Below, piece by piece: positions 52,211 through 62,954 of a stretch of DNA of 64,000 bases. This stretch comes from Geopsychrobacteraceae bacterium (GTDB lineage: Bacteria; Desulfobacterota; Desulfuromonadia; Desulfuromonadales; Geopsychrobacteraceae). Location of the stretch: NCBI GenBank assembly GCA_963676795.2, contig CAXXTB010000002.1, forward strand, positions 832,001 to 896,000. The letters are read 5' to 3'. A program made the position numbers and the translations under genes. The first letter of the stretch is position 1, and each line of letters begins with the position of its first letter. The notes under the pieces are model-generated. The model saw nothing but the letters and a program-made list of their open reading frames with translations, was not told the DNA's origin and did not search any database.

Positions 52211-53640
52211 CAGTCGCGGCTGACCTGATCGAGCAGTTCGCCGCTGGCCGAGTAGAGCTTAACATCGAGGGGCATACGGCCGGCTTCATGGGTCGAACAG
52301 CTCAGGCAGGGATCGTAGGCACGGATGCCGTGCTCGACCCGGTTGAGCAGCCCCTGCTGCAGCTTGTCGGCACTGACGTAGGCCTGGGCCAGCTGCTTGA
52401 CGGTCTTGTTCATCGCCAGGTTATTCTGGCCGGTGGCGATGATCAGGTTGACCTTGGTCAGCAGTCCGCTGTCATCGACCTCGTAGTGATGGATCAGGGT
52501 GCCGCGCGGGGCTTCGCTGATGCCGACCCCGACATTGGCATTGACGCCGGCCTTGCTGCGGATATGCGGATCGTCGATCAGCTTCTGCTGGAGCAGACTT
52601 TCGATGTGCTCAAGCGAGGTCAGGATCTCGATCAGCCGGGCGTAGTGATAATAGAAGCTGCCGCTGACCGGTTCCCCGTTTTTACCGTAATGACGGAACT
52701 GACGCAGTTCACGATCCGCTTTCGGGGTGCCGATGAAATCGCAGACGTTGAGGCGGGCCAGCGGGCCAACCCGGTACATACCCTGCTCTTCTCCGGCCGG
52801 TTTGTAGTAGGGGAACTTCAGATAGCTCCATGGCTGTTCCGCTTCGACCAGGTAATCGTAGTAGCGTTCCGGCACAATGGCGTTTTCGACAATCCGGCCG
52901 GTCGCATCGATCATCCGCAGGCTGCCGCTGTAGTGCTCGAGGCTGCCGTCCTCGGCGACCATCCCCATGTAGTAGCTGGGGAAATCTCCGTAGTTGTTGA
53001 TCTCGTCCCCGTACTGATCCAGGGTGTCCTTCATCAGGTCGAGGGCTTTTTCGATGGTTGTGTACATCGCTGGCAGCAGTCCAAGGAAATGGGCGCGATC
53101 TTCCTTGCTCAGGGTTTTGCGCACCCCGCCAGGTACCGACCAGGCCGGGTGGACGCTGCGGTCGCCGAGAGCCTGGATCAGTTTCTGGCCGAACGAACGC
53201 ATGGCGATACCGGCCTTGGCCAGCTCCGGATGTTTGGCGACCAGCCCCATCATGTTGCGTTCTTCAGCCGGGGCATCCATGCCGAGTAGCAGGTCCGGCC
53301 CTGAGAGCAGGAAGAAACTCAGGGCGTGGCTCTGGACCAGCTGGGCGTAGTTCATCAGGCGGCGCAGGGCGATGGCCGGTTCCGGGGTGTGGACCCCGAG
53401 GATGCGGTCGCCGGCCTTGCTCGAGGCGAGCAGGTGGCTGACCGGGCAGATCCCGCAGATGCGAGCGGTGATACCCGGCATTTCCCAGAAGCTGCGGCCG
53501 ACACAGAATTTTTCAAAGCCACGGAACTCAGTGACATGAAAGCGGGTATCGCTGACCTGCCCCTGTTCGTCGAGAAAAATCGAGATTTTGGCGTGACCTT
53601 CAATCCGGGTGACCGGTTCTATCGTAATTGTCTTAGACAT
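52210..53640 (-). CDS. hoxH: Bidirectional [NiFe]-hydrogenase large subunit (group 3d)
   Basis: [16 protein letters not shown] (L1), DPCLSCSTH (L2) plus cleavable C-terminal tail. Confidence 0.96.
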   Translation of the reverse strand: MSKTITIEPVTRIEGHAKISIFLDEQGQVSDTRFHVTEFRGFEKFCVGRSFWEMPGITARICGICPVSHLLASSKAGDRILGVHTPEPAIALRRLMNYAQLVQSHALSFFLLSGPDLLLGMDAPAEERNMMGLVAKHPELAKAGIAMRSFGQKLIQALGDRSVHPAWSVPGGVRKTLSKEDRAHFLGLLPAMYTTIEKALDLMKDTLDQYGDEINNYGDFPSYYMGMVAEDGSLEHYSGSLRMIDATGRIVENAIVPERYYDYLVEAEQPWSYLKFPYYKPAGEEQGMYRVGPLARLNVCDFIGTPKADRELRQFRHYGKNGEPVSGSFYYHYARLIEILTSLEHIESLLQQKLIDDPHIRSKAGVNANVGVGISEAPRGTLIHHYEVDDSGLLTKVNLIIATGQNNLAMNKTVKQLAQAYVSADKLQQGLLNRVEHGIRAYDPCLSCSTHEAGRMPLDVKLYSASGELLDQVSRD

Positions 53641-53655
53641 ATGGAAACTCCTTTA

Positions 53656-54204
53656 TCAACCGAACCGTCTCATTTCCGGACTTAAATCGAGCTTCCCGCC
53701 CTCTACCAGGGCCGTCAGAGCAGCGGCGATCCGACCTGCGTCGGGAGGACAGCCGGGGAGAAAGACATCGACCTTGATGACCTGGTGCAGCGGCAAGGCC
53801 TTTTTCAGCAGCGGCGGCAGGTCGAGGTTCTTCTCGATCTCTTCATTGGTCCGGCCGTTGTGGTAGACGGCGGTCAACAGGTCATCGACCGGGATCCGGT
53901 TACGCATGCTGGTGACGTTGCCGGTGACGGCACAATCGCCGAAGCTGACGACGATCGCGGTGTTTTTGCGGATCTCTTTGGCCAGTTTCAGGTTTTCCTC
54001 GTTGGTCACCGCGCCTTCGACCAGGCAGATATCGACCCGCTCCGGGTATTCTTTGCTGTCGACCAGCGGACCGTAGACAAGATTGACCTTCTCAGCGAGT
54101 TCAACCAGGACTTCGTCCAGGTCGAGAAAGCTCATATGGCAACCGGAGCAGCCGCCGAGCCAGGCGGTTGCCAGGCGTTTTTTTGCAGTCATATTCTTCC
54201 CCAT
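53656..54204 (-). CDS. hoxY: Bidirectional hydrogenase small subunit
   Basis: [26 protein letters not shown]. Confidence 0.95.
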   Translation of the reverse strand: MGKNMTAKKRLATAWLGGCSGCHMSFLDLDEVLVELAEKVNLVYGPLVDSKEYPERVDICLVEGAVTNEENLKLAKEIRKNTAIVVSFGDCAVTGNVTSMRNRIPVDDLLTAVYHNGRTNEEIEKNLDLPPLLKKALPLHQVIKVDVFLPGCPPDAGRIAAALTALVEGGKLDLSPEMRRFG

Positions 54205-54222
54205 ATTCCTGTATGAGTCATG

Positions 54223-54939
54223 TTAGCGGGTCCAGCGCCGTTTTTCCCGGCCGTTGAGAATCCGCGTCAGGAAAGTTGCTTCCTTTTCCATCTCGGCAAC
54301 TGTCGCTCCCTTGTGGAAGAGCGCCCCGGTCGGACAGACTTCGACGCATTTGCCGCATTCGGTACAGCCGGTACTGTCCTGCCATTTGCAATCGAGATCA
54401 ACAATGACCTGGCTGTCGATGCCGCGGTTCTTGACGTCCCAGATATGGGCGCCTTCGACCTCGTCACAGACGCGGACGCAGCGCAGGCAGAGGATGCAGC
54501 GGTTATGGTCGATGCCGAACTTGTCGTGGCTGGTGTCCATGTGCAGGTCCGGGTTCAGATAATTGTAGCGCACATGGTCGACGCCAAGTTCGGCAGCCAG
54601 ATTCTGCAGTTCGCAGTAGCCGTTGCTGACACAGACCGCACAGGTGTGATTGCGTTCCGCCAGGGTCAGTTCGAGAATCATCTTGCGGTAACGATTGATT
54701 TTCTCGTTGTGTGTCGTTACGACCATCCCTTCGCTGGCCGCTGTGGTACAGGCCGGCAACAGGCGCGGGGTTCCCTCGACCGCCACCAGGCAAAGCCGGC
54801 AGCCGCCGCGGTCGCTCAAGCCTTCGACATGACAGAGGGTCGGAATCTTGATTTTATGATCCCGGCAGACTTGCAGAATGGTCTGGCCGGAACTGCCGCT
54901 GACCAGGTCACCGTTAATTGTCAGAGTGATAACGGCCAT
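54223..54939 (-). CDS. hoxU: Diaphorase Fe-S subunit
   Basis: [37 protein letters not shown]. Confidence 0.95.
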   Translation of the reverse strand: MAVITLTINGDLVSGSSGQTILQVCRDHKIKIPTLCHVEGLSDRGGCRLCLVAVEGTPRLLPACTTAASEGMVVTTHNEKINRYRKMILELTLAERNHTCAVCVSNGYCELQNLAAELGVDHVRYNYLNPDLHMDTSHDKFGIDHNRCILCLRCVRVCDEVEGAHIWDVKNRGIDSQVIVDLDCKWQDSTGCTECGKCVEVCPTGALFHKGATVAEMEKEATFLTRILNGREKRRWTR

Positions 54940-56627
54940 CAGTTTTCCTCCTGCGTTTCAGCCAGGGGTGTTTCCCCCTGCTCGTTCGGTTGGCAGACCC
55001 CGGCCGGACACTTCTTGTCCCTGATGTGGGCCAGGTATTCGTCACGGAAGTATCTCAGGGTGTTCAGAACCGGGTTCGGTGCCGTCATGCCCAGGCCGCA
55101 AAGGCTGGTTTCCTGGACCAGGTGGCAGAGGTCTTCCAGAGTCTGCAGGTCGTCTTCATCCGCTTCGCCGCTGGTGATTTTGCAGAGCAGGTCGTACATC
55201 TCGACGGTGCCGACCCGGCACGGCGTACATTTGCCACAGCTTTCATCGAGGCAGAACTCCATGAAGAATTTGGCCACGTCAGGCATACAGCTCGATTCGT
55301 TCATGACGATCAGTCCGCCTGAACCCATGATCGAGCCGAAGGCTTTGAGGCTCTCATAATCGACCGGCGTGTCAATATGTTCCGCAGGGATACAGCCGCC
55401 GCTCGGTCCCCCGGTCTGGGCTGCTTTGAAGTTGGCTCCGCCAGGCAGTCCGCCGCCGATATCGTAAACGATTTCGCGCAGGGAGATGCCCATCGGAACC
55501 TCGATCAGGCCGGAGTTCTCAACCTCGCCGCAGAGGGCGAAGACCTTGGTCCCCTTGCTCGATTCGGTGCCGAAGGAGGCGAACCATTCCGCCCCCTTGT
55601 CGATGATCGGTGCGATGTTGGCAAAGGTTTCGACGTTGTTGATCAGGGTCGGCGCGCCCCACAGTCCGCTCTCCGCCGGGTATGGAGGACGTGGAATCGG
55701 TTGCCCGCGACGGCCCATGATCGAGACCATCAGAGCCGTTTCCTCGCCGCAGACGAAGGCTCCGGCGCCGATCCTCAAGTCGATGCGGAAATTGAAATTA
55801 CTGTCGAGAATCCGGCTGCCGAGCAGCCCGCGGCGTTCGGCGTCCTTGATCGCCTTTGCCAGACGGGTTGCAGCCAGCGGGTATTCGCCACGGACATAGA
55901 TGTAACCCTGTTCTGCTCCACAGGCATAACCGGCGATCGCCATCCCTTCCAGCACCCGGTGAGGATCGGATTCCATGATCGTCCGGTCCATATAGGCGCC
56001 CGGATCCCCCTCATCGCCGTTGGCGACAACATATTTACGCTCGCCGGGTGACCTGCGCACCAGGTTCCACTTGACGCCGGTCGGATAGCCACCGCCCCCC
56101 CGCCCGCGCAGGCCGCTGGTCTTGATCTCGTTGCAGACCTCCTCCGGGGTCATTTCGTGCAGGGCATGGGCCAGGGCCCGGTAGCTGCCGGCCGCGATGC
56201 TCTGTTCGATCTTTTCCGGATCCAGGGTACCGTTGTTGCTGAGGACGATCTTCTCCTGGGCCTGGAAAAACGGCATGTCCTTCGGCAGCGGTGCAATCCT
56301 GTCTCTGCCGTCGATGTTGTCGTAGATGTAGCTGACGACAATCTCGATGGCCTGCTCCGGGGTGACATGCTCATAGATATCTTCCTGTTCCCCCCTGACC
56401 ACGCGCAGCAGCGGTCCGCGGCTACAGGGACCCATGCAGCCGGTGGTGGTCACTTCCAGCGAGATATCGCTCTGGTGCTCCTTCAGGTAATCCTCCAGAA
56501 CGGCCTTGACTTCTGCCGCCCCGGCAGAGAGGCAGGGGGTGCTGAAGCAGAGAAACAGGCGCAGGTCGAATGAGGCCTGACGTATCAGTTCAGCTTCATT
56601 GATCTCGTTCAGTTCTGTTGGATTCAT
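54939..56627 (-). CDS. hoxF: Diaphorase flavoprotein subunit (NuoF-like)
   Basis: [45 protein letters not shown]-terminal thioredoxin-like [2Fe-2S] domain. Confidence 0.95.
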   Translation of the reverse strand: MNPTELNEINEAELIRQASFDLRLFLCFSTPCLSAGAAEVKAVLEDYLKEHQSDISLEVTTTGCMGPCSRGPLLRVVRGEQEDIYEHVTPEQAIEIVVSYIYDNIDGRDRIAPLPKDMPFFQAQEKIVLSNNGTLDPEKIEQSIAAGSYRALAHALHEMTPEEVCNEIKTSGLRGRGGGGYPTGVKWNLVRRSPGERKYVVANGDEGDPGAYMDRTIMESDPHRVLEGMAIAGYACGAEQGYIYVRGEYPLAATRLAKAIKDAERRGLLGSRILDSNFNFRIDLRIGAGAFVCGEETALMVSIMGRRGQPIPRPPYPAESGLWGAPTLINNVETFANIAPIIDKGAEWFASFGTESSKGTKVFALCGEVENSGLIEVPMGISLREIVYDIGGGLPGGANFKAAQTGGPSGGCIPAEHIDTPVDYESLKAFGSIMGSGGLIVMNESSCMPDVAKFFMEFCLDESCGKCTPCRVGTVEMYDLLCKITSGEADEDDLQTLEDLCHLVQETSLCGLGMTAPNPVLNTLRYFRDEYLAHIRDKKCPAGVCQPNEQGETPLAETQEEN

Positions 56628-57148
56628 ACGGGCTCCTCACACGTCTTTGCTCCTTGAGCGATGGTTTTCTTCAGAGCGGCAATGGTTGTCTCCGGAGTCT
56701 CCTTGCCGTAGACCTCGCCATCGATGGTCAGCATCGGTGCCAGGCTGCAGTTCCCAAGGCAACGGGCTGCCATCAGGGTCAGTTTGCCGTCCGCTGTGGT
56801 GGCCCCGCATTTGACGCCGAATTCTTCTTCAATCCGTTTGACGATTTCACCGGCCCCTTTGACGTAGCAGGCGGTTCCCATACAGACGACACAAACATGC
56901 TCGCCCTGCGGATCAAGAGTGAAGAAGTTGTAAAAGGTGGCGACGCCATAGACCCAGCTCGGCGGGAGCTGCAACTGGCGTGAGACATAATCCATGATCT
57001 CGTTGTCCAGATGGCCGAAAGCTTCCTGGGCCGCATGCAGGATTTCAATCAGCGCGTCCTGCTGAAATTGAAAACGTTTCAGGGTTCTGTCGATCAGCTT
57101 GAACTTGAGATCGTGTTGTTGCTCTTTCGTAGTTTCAGATGAATCCAT
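56624..57148 (-). CDS. hoxE: Diaphorase [2Fe-2S] subunit (NuoE-like)
   Basis: [23 protein letters not shown]. Confidence 0.94.
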   Translation of the reverse strand: MDSSETTKEQQHDLKFKLIDRTLKRFQFQQDALIEILHAAQEAFGHLDNEIMDYVSRQLQLPPSWVYGVATFYNFFTLDPQGEHVCVVCMGTACYVKGAGEIVKRIEEEFGVKCGATTADGKLTLMAARCLGNCSLAPMLTIDGEVYGKETPETTIAALKKTIAQGAKTCEEPV

Positions 57149-57467
57149 AATAAATCAGCTCCTGTCTTCCGTTACGGATGAAAGCGCCAGTTTGCCTGTT
57201 CACACCGAAATGCTGCAGGCGTTTCAGGGTAAAGTCGACGAGCCTTGCTGCAGATCTCAAGGTCTGCGCTTGCGTTGCATTTCGTCCTATGTCCAGATAT
57301 CTGACAAGATTTCTCTGTGGATTTCGATTTATTAGCAAACCGGGCGAGATGAAAATACAGGTCGATAAGTCTGGATCGCCACGTCTTTAAGGGATGTCGT
57401 TTGGAGGTTTCAAGTGTCGGTACCACAAATAAGGGAAGCCGTTGCGGCCTCGTGTGTTCTGGTGTAG

Positions 57468-57478
57468 TGGTATGACCA
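57468..57478. promoter_or_regulatory. GntR/FadR-subfamily-like operator TGGT-N3-ACCA
   Basis: Palindrome TGGTATGACCA immediately downstream of a putative hox promoter on the minus strand. Confidence 0.55.
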
Positions 57479-57493
57479 GTTTTGACGGCTTTG

Positions 57494-57522
57494 AAATTAT
57501 TAAATCCCGCTTTTGCTGTCAA
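57494..57522 (-). promoter_or_regulatory. Putative proximal sigma-70 promoter of hox
   Basis: Minus strand TTGACA-N17-TAATTT. Confidence 0.45.
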
Positions 57523-57686
57523 CATAAAATACCCGATCACTGGTCATTATGTTCAAAGTCCGGATGACGCTAAAGGTCGAGCGAGTTCTAAAAGTTGTCA
57601 TCCCGAAGACAAGAAAAAAGAGGGATTGCGGAGACAACGACGTATCTGACAAGCCGATTTCAAGGGGGGCATTGCAGTGTTTAAAA

Positions 57687-57715
57687 AGCATAGTGCTGAA
57701 AGGGAAGAATGTCAA
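57687..57715 (-). promoter_or_regulatory. Putative distal sigma-70 promoter of hox
   Basis: Minus strand TTGACA-N17-TATGCT. Confidence 0.6.
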
Positions 57716-57753
57716 CAGTATACTACTGATGGGTATGTTGTGTTGCTGGTTAG

Positions 57754-57789
57754 GACATATGCGCCGTTCCAAAGATCGACGCATATGTC
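57754..57789 (-). terminator. Hairpin just after tctA (weak terminator or mRNA 3' stabiliser)
   Basis: Perfect 10-bp inverted repeat GACATATGCG...CGCATATGTC; no clear U-tract. Confidence 0.5.
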
Positions 57790-57799
57790 TCTCAGAAAG

Positions 57800-59305
57800 C
57801 TATTTACGAGAGACCCTCCGTTTGATCATTGGCCAGAGTCTGGTGTTGCTGAGAATCATGAACAGGACGATGATGGTCAGTACGCAGGTGATCGGGTTGC
57901 TGACCAGATCCCAGAGGAACAGTCCGAAGTTGTTCTGGGTCGACATGATCGACTGACGGTAGGAGCTGTCCATCAGCGGCCCCAGGATGATGCCGAGGAT
58001 GATCGGTGCGACCTGATAACCGAACATCTTGAACAGGTAGCCGAAGATGCCGAAGGCGAGCATCCAGTAGACGTCGGTCATGCTGTTGTTGATCGAGTAG
58101 GTTCCGACCACCGACAGGACGATGATGCAGGGAATGAGGATCCCTTTCTTGATCTCGACCAGCTTGGCAAAGATGCGGATCCCGGTCAGGCCGAAGGCGA
58201 CCATGAAGATGTTGGCCAGCACCAGGTTGCCGACCATGAACCAGAACATGTGCGGGGTGTCGACCATCATCATCGGTCCCGGCTTGAGGCCGTGAATGAA
58301 CAGCGCACCGATGAACACCGCGGTGACCGCATCGCCCGGAATCCCTAAGGTCAGCATCGGGATATAGGAGCCGCCAACCGCCGCGTTGTTGGCCGATTCC
58401 GGGGCGATCAGCCCCTCGTAGGCGCCTTCGCCAAAGGGGCGCGACGGGTTCTTGACCGTACGCTTGGCGTGATCGTAGGCCATCAGCGAGGCGATATCGC
58501 CGCCGGTTCCCGGCAGGGCGCCGATGATGACACCGATCAGCGAGGTACGGATCGACAGCGGCAGATACTTGAGAATGACCTTCCAGGAGGGCACGATCTT
58601 GCTGACATCCTGCTTGACCGGTTTCAACTTGATGGTGTGCAGCTGAAACAGCGCTTCGGCGACGCCGAACAGGCCGATCATGGCGATGACGAAGTGGATG
58701 CCGCCGAGCAGGGAAATGGTGCCGAAGGTAAAGCGCCCCTCAGCGGTCATCGGATCCATGCCGACCATCCCCAGGGTGACCCCCAGGGCGCCAGCGAAGA
58801 TCCCCTTGGCCATCGATTCGCCGGAGAGCGAACCGACCAGCAGCAGCCCCATCAGGGCCAGGAGCAGGTAGTCGCGCGGGGCGAACTTGAGAGCGAACTC
58901 GGCGACCGTCGGTGCGGCAGCCGCGAGAACGGCGATGCCGATGAAGCCGCCGATCCCGGAGATGATGGTGCTGATGCCGATCGCCTGCCCCGCCTCACCG
59001 CGCTGAGCCAGCGGAAAGCCGTCGAAGCTGGTCGAGATCGACGCCGGTGCGCCGGGGATGTTGAGCAGGATCGCCGAGCGTGAACCGCCGTAGACCCCTC
59101 CCATGAAGACGCCGACCATCAGCGCTAACGCCGCATTGATATCCCAGGAGAAGGTGAAAGAGATCAGGATCGACACCGCCATGGTCACCGAGAGTCCCGG
59201 AATGGCGCCGATATAGATGCCGGCGAAGGTGCCGCCCGCGGTCAGCAGGAGCAGCTGCCAGTTGGTCCAGGCCATGAAGAAATAGGAAAAAGCATGTTCA
59301 GTCAC
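57800..59305 (-). CDS. tctA: Tripartite tricarboxylate transporter large subunit
   Basis: GAIPGL, GGSRSAILLNIPG, GALPGTGG, PESANNA, LGIPG. Confidence 0.95.
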   Translation of the reverse strand: MTEHAFSYFFMAWTNWQLLLLTAGGTFAGIYIGAIPGLSVTMAVSILISFTFSWDINAALALMVGVFMGGVYGGSRSAILLNIPGAPASISTSFDGFPLAQRGEAGQAIGISTIISGIGGFIGIAVLAAAAPTVAEFALKFAPRDYLLLALMGLLLVGSLSGESMAKGIFAGALGVTLGMVGMDPMTAEGRFTFGTISLLGGIHFVIAMIGLFGVAEALFQLHTIKLKPVKQDVSKIVPSWKVILKYLPLSIRTSLIGVIIGALPGTGGDIASLMAYDHAKRTVKNPSRPFGEGAYEGLIAPESANNAAVGGSYIPMLTLGIPGDAVTAVFIGALFIHGLKPGPMMMVDTPHMFWFMVGNLVLANIFMVAFGLTGIRIFAKLVEIKKGILIPCIIVLSVVGTYSINNSMTDVYWMLAFGIFGYLFKMFGYQVAPIILGIILGPLMDSSYRQSIMSTQNNFGLFLWDLVSNPITCVLTIIVLFMILSNTRLWPMIKRRVSRK

Positions 59306-59323
59306 GTGAATACCCCTTTATCT

Positions 59324-59797
59324 TTATGGCAGCAGGACTTTGAAGAAGTAAAGAAAGATCAGGTAGATGCAGGCCAGGGTCCCGGCGCTGATCAGAATCG
59401 CCTTGAGCGGTCCGCCCCCTTTGAGAAAGAAGATCGAGGCGACCAGGAAGGCAAAGGAGCTGGGCAGGAAGTGGGTCGGCTGAATCAGGGCCACATAAGC
59501 GATGCAGAGAATCGAGTAGATAACAAAATCGCGGGTAAAGACTTCACGGAGCATCTGCCTGATCTCTGCACCGAAGCCGTCCTCGGTGGACCGCTTTCTT
59601 TTGCGGTTACTCCAGATCACCGTCAGCATGGCAGCGACCATAACAGTGGTCGACGCCAGCGGGAAGGTGCCCGGGGCGCTGATCTTGAAACCGGAAATAC
59701 GGTAGGCGATGACCAGTAGGACTATACTGGCCAGGAGGATCAGAAGGTCGTAATAGCTTTCTCCGGCGCGGAGCGGTTTGAGCTTTTCTGTATTCAT
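59324..59797 (-). CDS. tctB: Tripartite tricarboxylate transporter small subunit
   Basis: Several TM helices, APGTFP, C-terminal FKVLLP; between tctC and tctA. Confidence 0.88.
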   Translation of the reverse strand: MNTEKLKPLRAGESYYDLLILLASIVLLVIAYRISGFKISAPGTFPLASTTVMVAAMLTVIWSNRKRKRSTEDGFGAEIRQMLREVFTRDFVIYSILCIAYVALIQPTHFLPSSFAFLVASIFFLKGGGPLKAILISAGTLACIYLIFLYFFKVLLP

Positions 59798-59819
59798 GAA
59801 CAACCTCTTCGGGTTTCAT

Positions 59820-59863
59820 AAAAAAGGCTCTCACTCTGTGCCGCACGAGCCAGAGTGAGAGCC
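59820..59863 (-). terminator. Intercistronic hairpin with U-tract after tctC
   Basis: 13-bp stem GGCTCTCACTCTG/CAGAGTGAGAGCC followed by TTTTTT on the minus strand. Confidence 0.75.
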
Positions 59864-59887
59864 GTCATAGCATATGACGAATAAAAC

Positions 59888-60895
59888 TTAAGGCTTTGGA
59901 ATTCCCAGTTCTTCCGGGGAAACCTTGGTCGCGCCTGCGTCATGCAGCAACCAGGCGGTGACCGAGCGCCACTTGTTGAGAAAGGCTTGCGCCTCGTCGC
60001 CGCTGATGTTCATCAGCACGGCATCCTTGGAGGCGACGTATTCTTTAAAGCGATCGGAGGCAACCCCTTTGGCAAAGGCTTCAACCAGCTTGTCCTTGGC
60101 GTCCTGAGGCACATCCTTTTTACACCAGACACCGAAGAACGGAGCCCAGGGTACATATTTGTCAAAGGCTGGAAAATCCTGGGTGATTGGCGGAATGGTG
60201 TAGTCGGCATTGACCAGGGCTTCTTTGTCCAGAACGGCAAGAGCCTTGAGACGGCCGGCGCGGATGTGCTCGGATGCGGCCCCCAGGTTGACCGGAATGA
60301 AGTCGATATGGCCGCCGAGCAGGGCGGTGATGCCAGGGCCGTCGCCGGCAAAAGGAACCGAAGCAACGTTGAAACCGGTCACGGTTTCCATCAGTTTGCC
60401 GACAACGTAAGGCACGCCGCCTGGGCCGGTGGTTCCCATCTTCATCTGACCAGGATGGGCCTGGGCATCTTCAACCAGTTCCTTGAAGCTGGTCCATGGC
60501 TTGTCAGCGTTGGTGACGATGGCGACCTGGCCGCGGGCCATAATGGTGACCGGGAAGAAATCGTCATAGCTGAGCTTGGAGAGGCCGAGAATGCCGTAAT
60601 TCTGTGGGTTCTCGGCGCCGAACAGCAGGGTGTAGCCGTCGGATTTATTGCTGTAGACGAACTGGGTAGCGATGGCGCCGGTACCGCCCGGCTTATTGAC
60701 CAGGACAACTTCTTTGCCAAGGAAGGGCTCAACATTCGGGGTCAGAGCCCGGGACATGCCGTCGGTGCCGCCGCCCGCGCCCCACATGATGATCCCCTGC
60801 AGATCGCGGGTCGGATAGTCAGCCGAAAAAGCCGGTACGGCGAGAGCCAGCAGAGCAATTAGATGCAGTAGTCGGAACAGGATTTTACTCTTCAT
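59888..60895 (-). CDS. tctC: Tripartite tricarboxylate transporter binding protein (Bug/TctC)
   Basis: Signal peptide AFS|A, YP..WGAGGGTD, NKPGGTG, DGYTLL, ALLGGHID; GGAGG before ATG 60895. Confidence 0.92.
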   Translation of the reverse strand: MKSKILFRLLHLIALLALAVPAFSADYPTRDLQGIIMWGAGGGTDGMSRALTPNVEPFLGKEVVLVNKPGGTGAIATQFVYSNKSDGYTLLFGAENPQNYGILGLSKLSYDDFFPVTIMARGQVAIVTNADKPWTSFKELVEDAQAHPGQMKMGTTGPGGVPYVVGKLMETVTGFNVASVPFAGDGPGITALLGGHIDFIPVNLGAASEHIRAGRLKALAVLDKEALVNADYTIPPITQDFPAFDKYVPWAPFFGVWCKKDVPQDAKDKLVEAFAKGVASDRFKEYVASKDAVLMNISGDEAQAFLNKWRSVTAWLLHDAGATKVSPEELGIPKP

Positions 60896-61209
60896 TGGTG
60901 AACCTCCCAGGAATGAATGGATGAAATAAGACCTTAATTTCTGTCGATACACAATGACTGAAAGCATAATGAGTTTAAAGCAGATTGTCTATGACGTTAT
61001 TATAAATCATAAAGGTTTTATAATGTCGTTCTATGGCTGCCTGTCTTTTCTGGTAGGGCAACTTGTCGGCGATCTTCAGGATTTGTGCGGACTGTCTCCA
61101 GAAGATTGATAGAAAAAAAGTATAGAGATTGGCGAAAACTCACTTACGAGAATTTTTTTTTTTCACTATGATCCCGCCCCAAACGATCTGGCTCGATAAG
61201 GAGATAAGA

Positions 61210-61683
61210 ATGCCAATGCCCAGAAATAAAAGAGAAAGTCTGATTTTTACCCTGTTGATGTGTTCATTCATGGTGTTTATCATGAGTATCTATAATCTGA
61301 GTTTTGAAATGGGGCTCTCTGCTGAGACCATTAAACATGCCTGGCTCGGCTTTCCGCTGGCTTTTGTCGTGGCTCTGGTGCTTGACTGGTTTGTTGTGGC
61401 CGGGGTTGCAAAGAAGTTCGCTTTCAGACTGGCCGGTGAAAAGAGATACCCGCTTAAGATGATCCTGTTGATTTCAACCTCGATGGTCTGCGGTATGGTG
61501 ATTTTTATGTCTTTCTATGGCGCATTATGGAAGACCGGCTTCAGCGCAGAGGTTTTTCATGTCTGGCTGACCTTGATGCCGCGTAATTTTGTTGTTGCCC
61601 TGCCGTTGCAACTGCTGATCGCAGGGCCGCTGGTGCGTTTCACCTTTCGCAGGACTTTCCCGGTCGGGGTCATTTCCTGCTGA
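61210..61683 (+). CDS. DUF2798-like membrane protein
   Basis: Two hydrophobic repeats (LMCSFMVFIMS / MVCGMVIFMS), NFVVALPLQLLIAGPLVR; AAGGAG RBS. Confidence 0.7.
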   Translation: MPMPRNKRESLIFTLLMCSFMVFIMSIYNLSFEMGLSAETIKHAWLGFPLAFVVALVLDWFVVAGVAKKFAFRLAGEKRYPLKMILLISTSMVCGMVIFMSFYGALWKTGFSAEVFHVWLTLMPRNFVVALPLQLLIAGPLVRFTFRRTFPVGVISC

Positions 61684-61708
61684 GAGATCATAGAGAAAAG
61701 GTCCTTTG

Positions 61709-62770
61709 TTACGGCTCCTGCTGGTAGAGCTTTCTGCCGATGATGTTGCGCTGCAGGGTGATCCAGGGGGAGATTCGCTGGTAGACTTCCGAGTTTTTCA
61801 GGCTTTCCGCTGAAGGGTAAATGGCACTGTTGGCCAGAAAATCTGCAGACAGGTATTTCTCGGCACTTTTATTTGGTGACGCGTAATAGAGGCTTTCGGC
61901 TTGTCGGGCCGCGATTTTCGGCTCGTTGATAAAATCAAGGAATTTATAGGCCAGCTCAGGGTGTCTGGCTTTGGCGGCAACGGCGAAGTAGTCAACCCAG
62001 AAGTTGCTCCCCTCTTTTGGCAGCACATAGCTGATCTTGTCATGATATTCGGACACAGCCAGGGCATCGCCGTTGTAAGCCATGGCGGCGACGACCTCGC
62101 CGCTGACCAGGGGCGAATCTTCTGCGATGGAAACATAGGCGTAGGATTTGACATAGGGCCTCTGTTCCAGCAGCAACCTCTCGACCTCCCGGTAGGCCTG
62201 CGGATCTTCGCTGTTGACGGAGTAGCCAAGGGCTTTGAGACCCATGCAGACGATTTCACGGGCATCTTCCATCATCATAATCCTGTTGCGCAGCTCGCCG
62301 ACGGGAACAAAGAGTTGTTTCCACGAGGTGATCGGTGTCGAAACCAGGTCGGTACGATAGACGATGCCAAGCGTTCCCCAGAAATAGGGAACAGCGTAAT
62401 CACTGGATTCCGGAAACAGCTTGGCCCATTTCGGATCAATATGTTTGAGGTTGGTGAGTTTATCCCTGTCCAGTGGAGCGATCCAGCCGAGTTTGACATA
62501 TTCTGCGATTCTGGCATCTGAAATCAGGATCAGGTCGAAGGCATTGCCGCGCGTGGCGATCAGCTTGGAATCACGATCTTCATCCGAGACAAAATAGGTT
62601 TGTTGGACTCTGACATTGTTCTCTGTTTCAAACCGGGCGATCACCTCAGGATCGAGGTAGGATTCCCAGTTGAGGATCGACAGGATCTTCTGTTCCTCGG
62701 CTTGGGCCACAGGTGACCAGCACAGAGCTATGGTAAATATCAGCAGAAAAGTCAGGCCAGTCCGTTTCAT
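61709..62770 (-). CDS. PotD/PotF-like polyamine-binding periplasmic protein
   Basis: Signal peptide AQA|E, LNWESYL, PYFWGTLGI, YNGDA, PKEGSNFWVD, FLDFINEP. Confidence 0.88.
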   Translation of the reverse strand: MKRTGLTFLLIFTIALCWSPVAQAEEQKILSILNWESYLDPEVIARFETENNVRVQQTYFVSDEDRDSKLIATRGNAFDLILISDARIAEYVKLGWIAPLDRDKLTNLKHIDPKWAKLFPESSDYAVPYFWGTLGIVYRTDLVSTPITSWKQLFVPVGELRNRIMMMEDAREIVCMGLKALGYSVNSEDPQAYREVERLLLEQRPYVKSYAYVSIAEDSPLVSGEVVAAMAYNGDALAVSEYHDKISYVLPKEGSNFWVDYFAVAAKARHPELAYKFLDFINEPKIAARQAESLYYASPNKSAEKYLSADFLANSAIYPSAESLKNSEVYQRISPWITLQRNIIGRKLYQQEP

Positions 62771-62954
62771 CTGTTTCCCCTGAATTATGAAAGAATGATC
62801 AATTGAATCTATAGTCTATCGCTCCAGAGGTCAATGTTCATCCCCGCCGGCTGCAGATGAGCGGTTTTCTTCGTGAACTTCGCGGCTTTGCGTGAGACAT
62901 GATTTCAGCCTTGCTTTACTTCTCCCCTGAACAAGTAGACGGGAAGGGAAGCTT

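Noticed and set aside
57135..57956. Small ORFs or a c-di-GMP/cGAMP (GEMM) riboswitch in the hox leader
   Set aside because: ORFs lack RBS and motifs; GCAAAC occurs but without the GAAA tetraloop stem and GCAAAGC/receptor elements.
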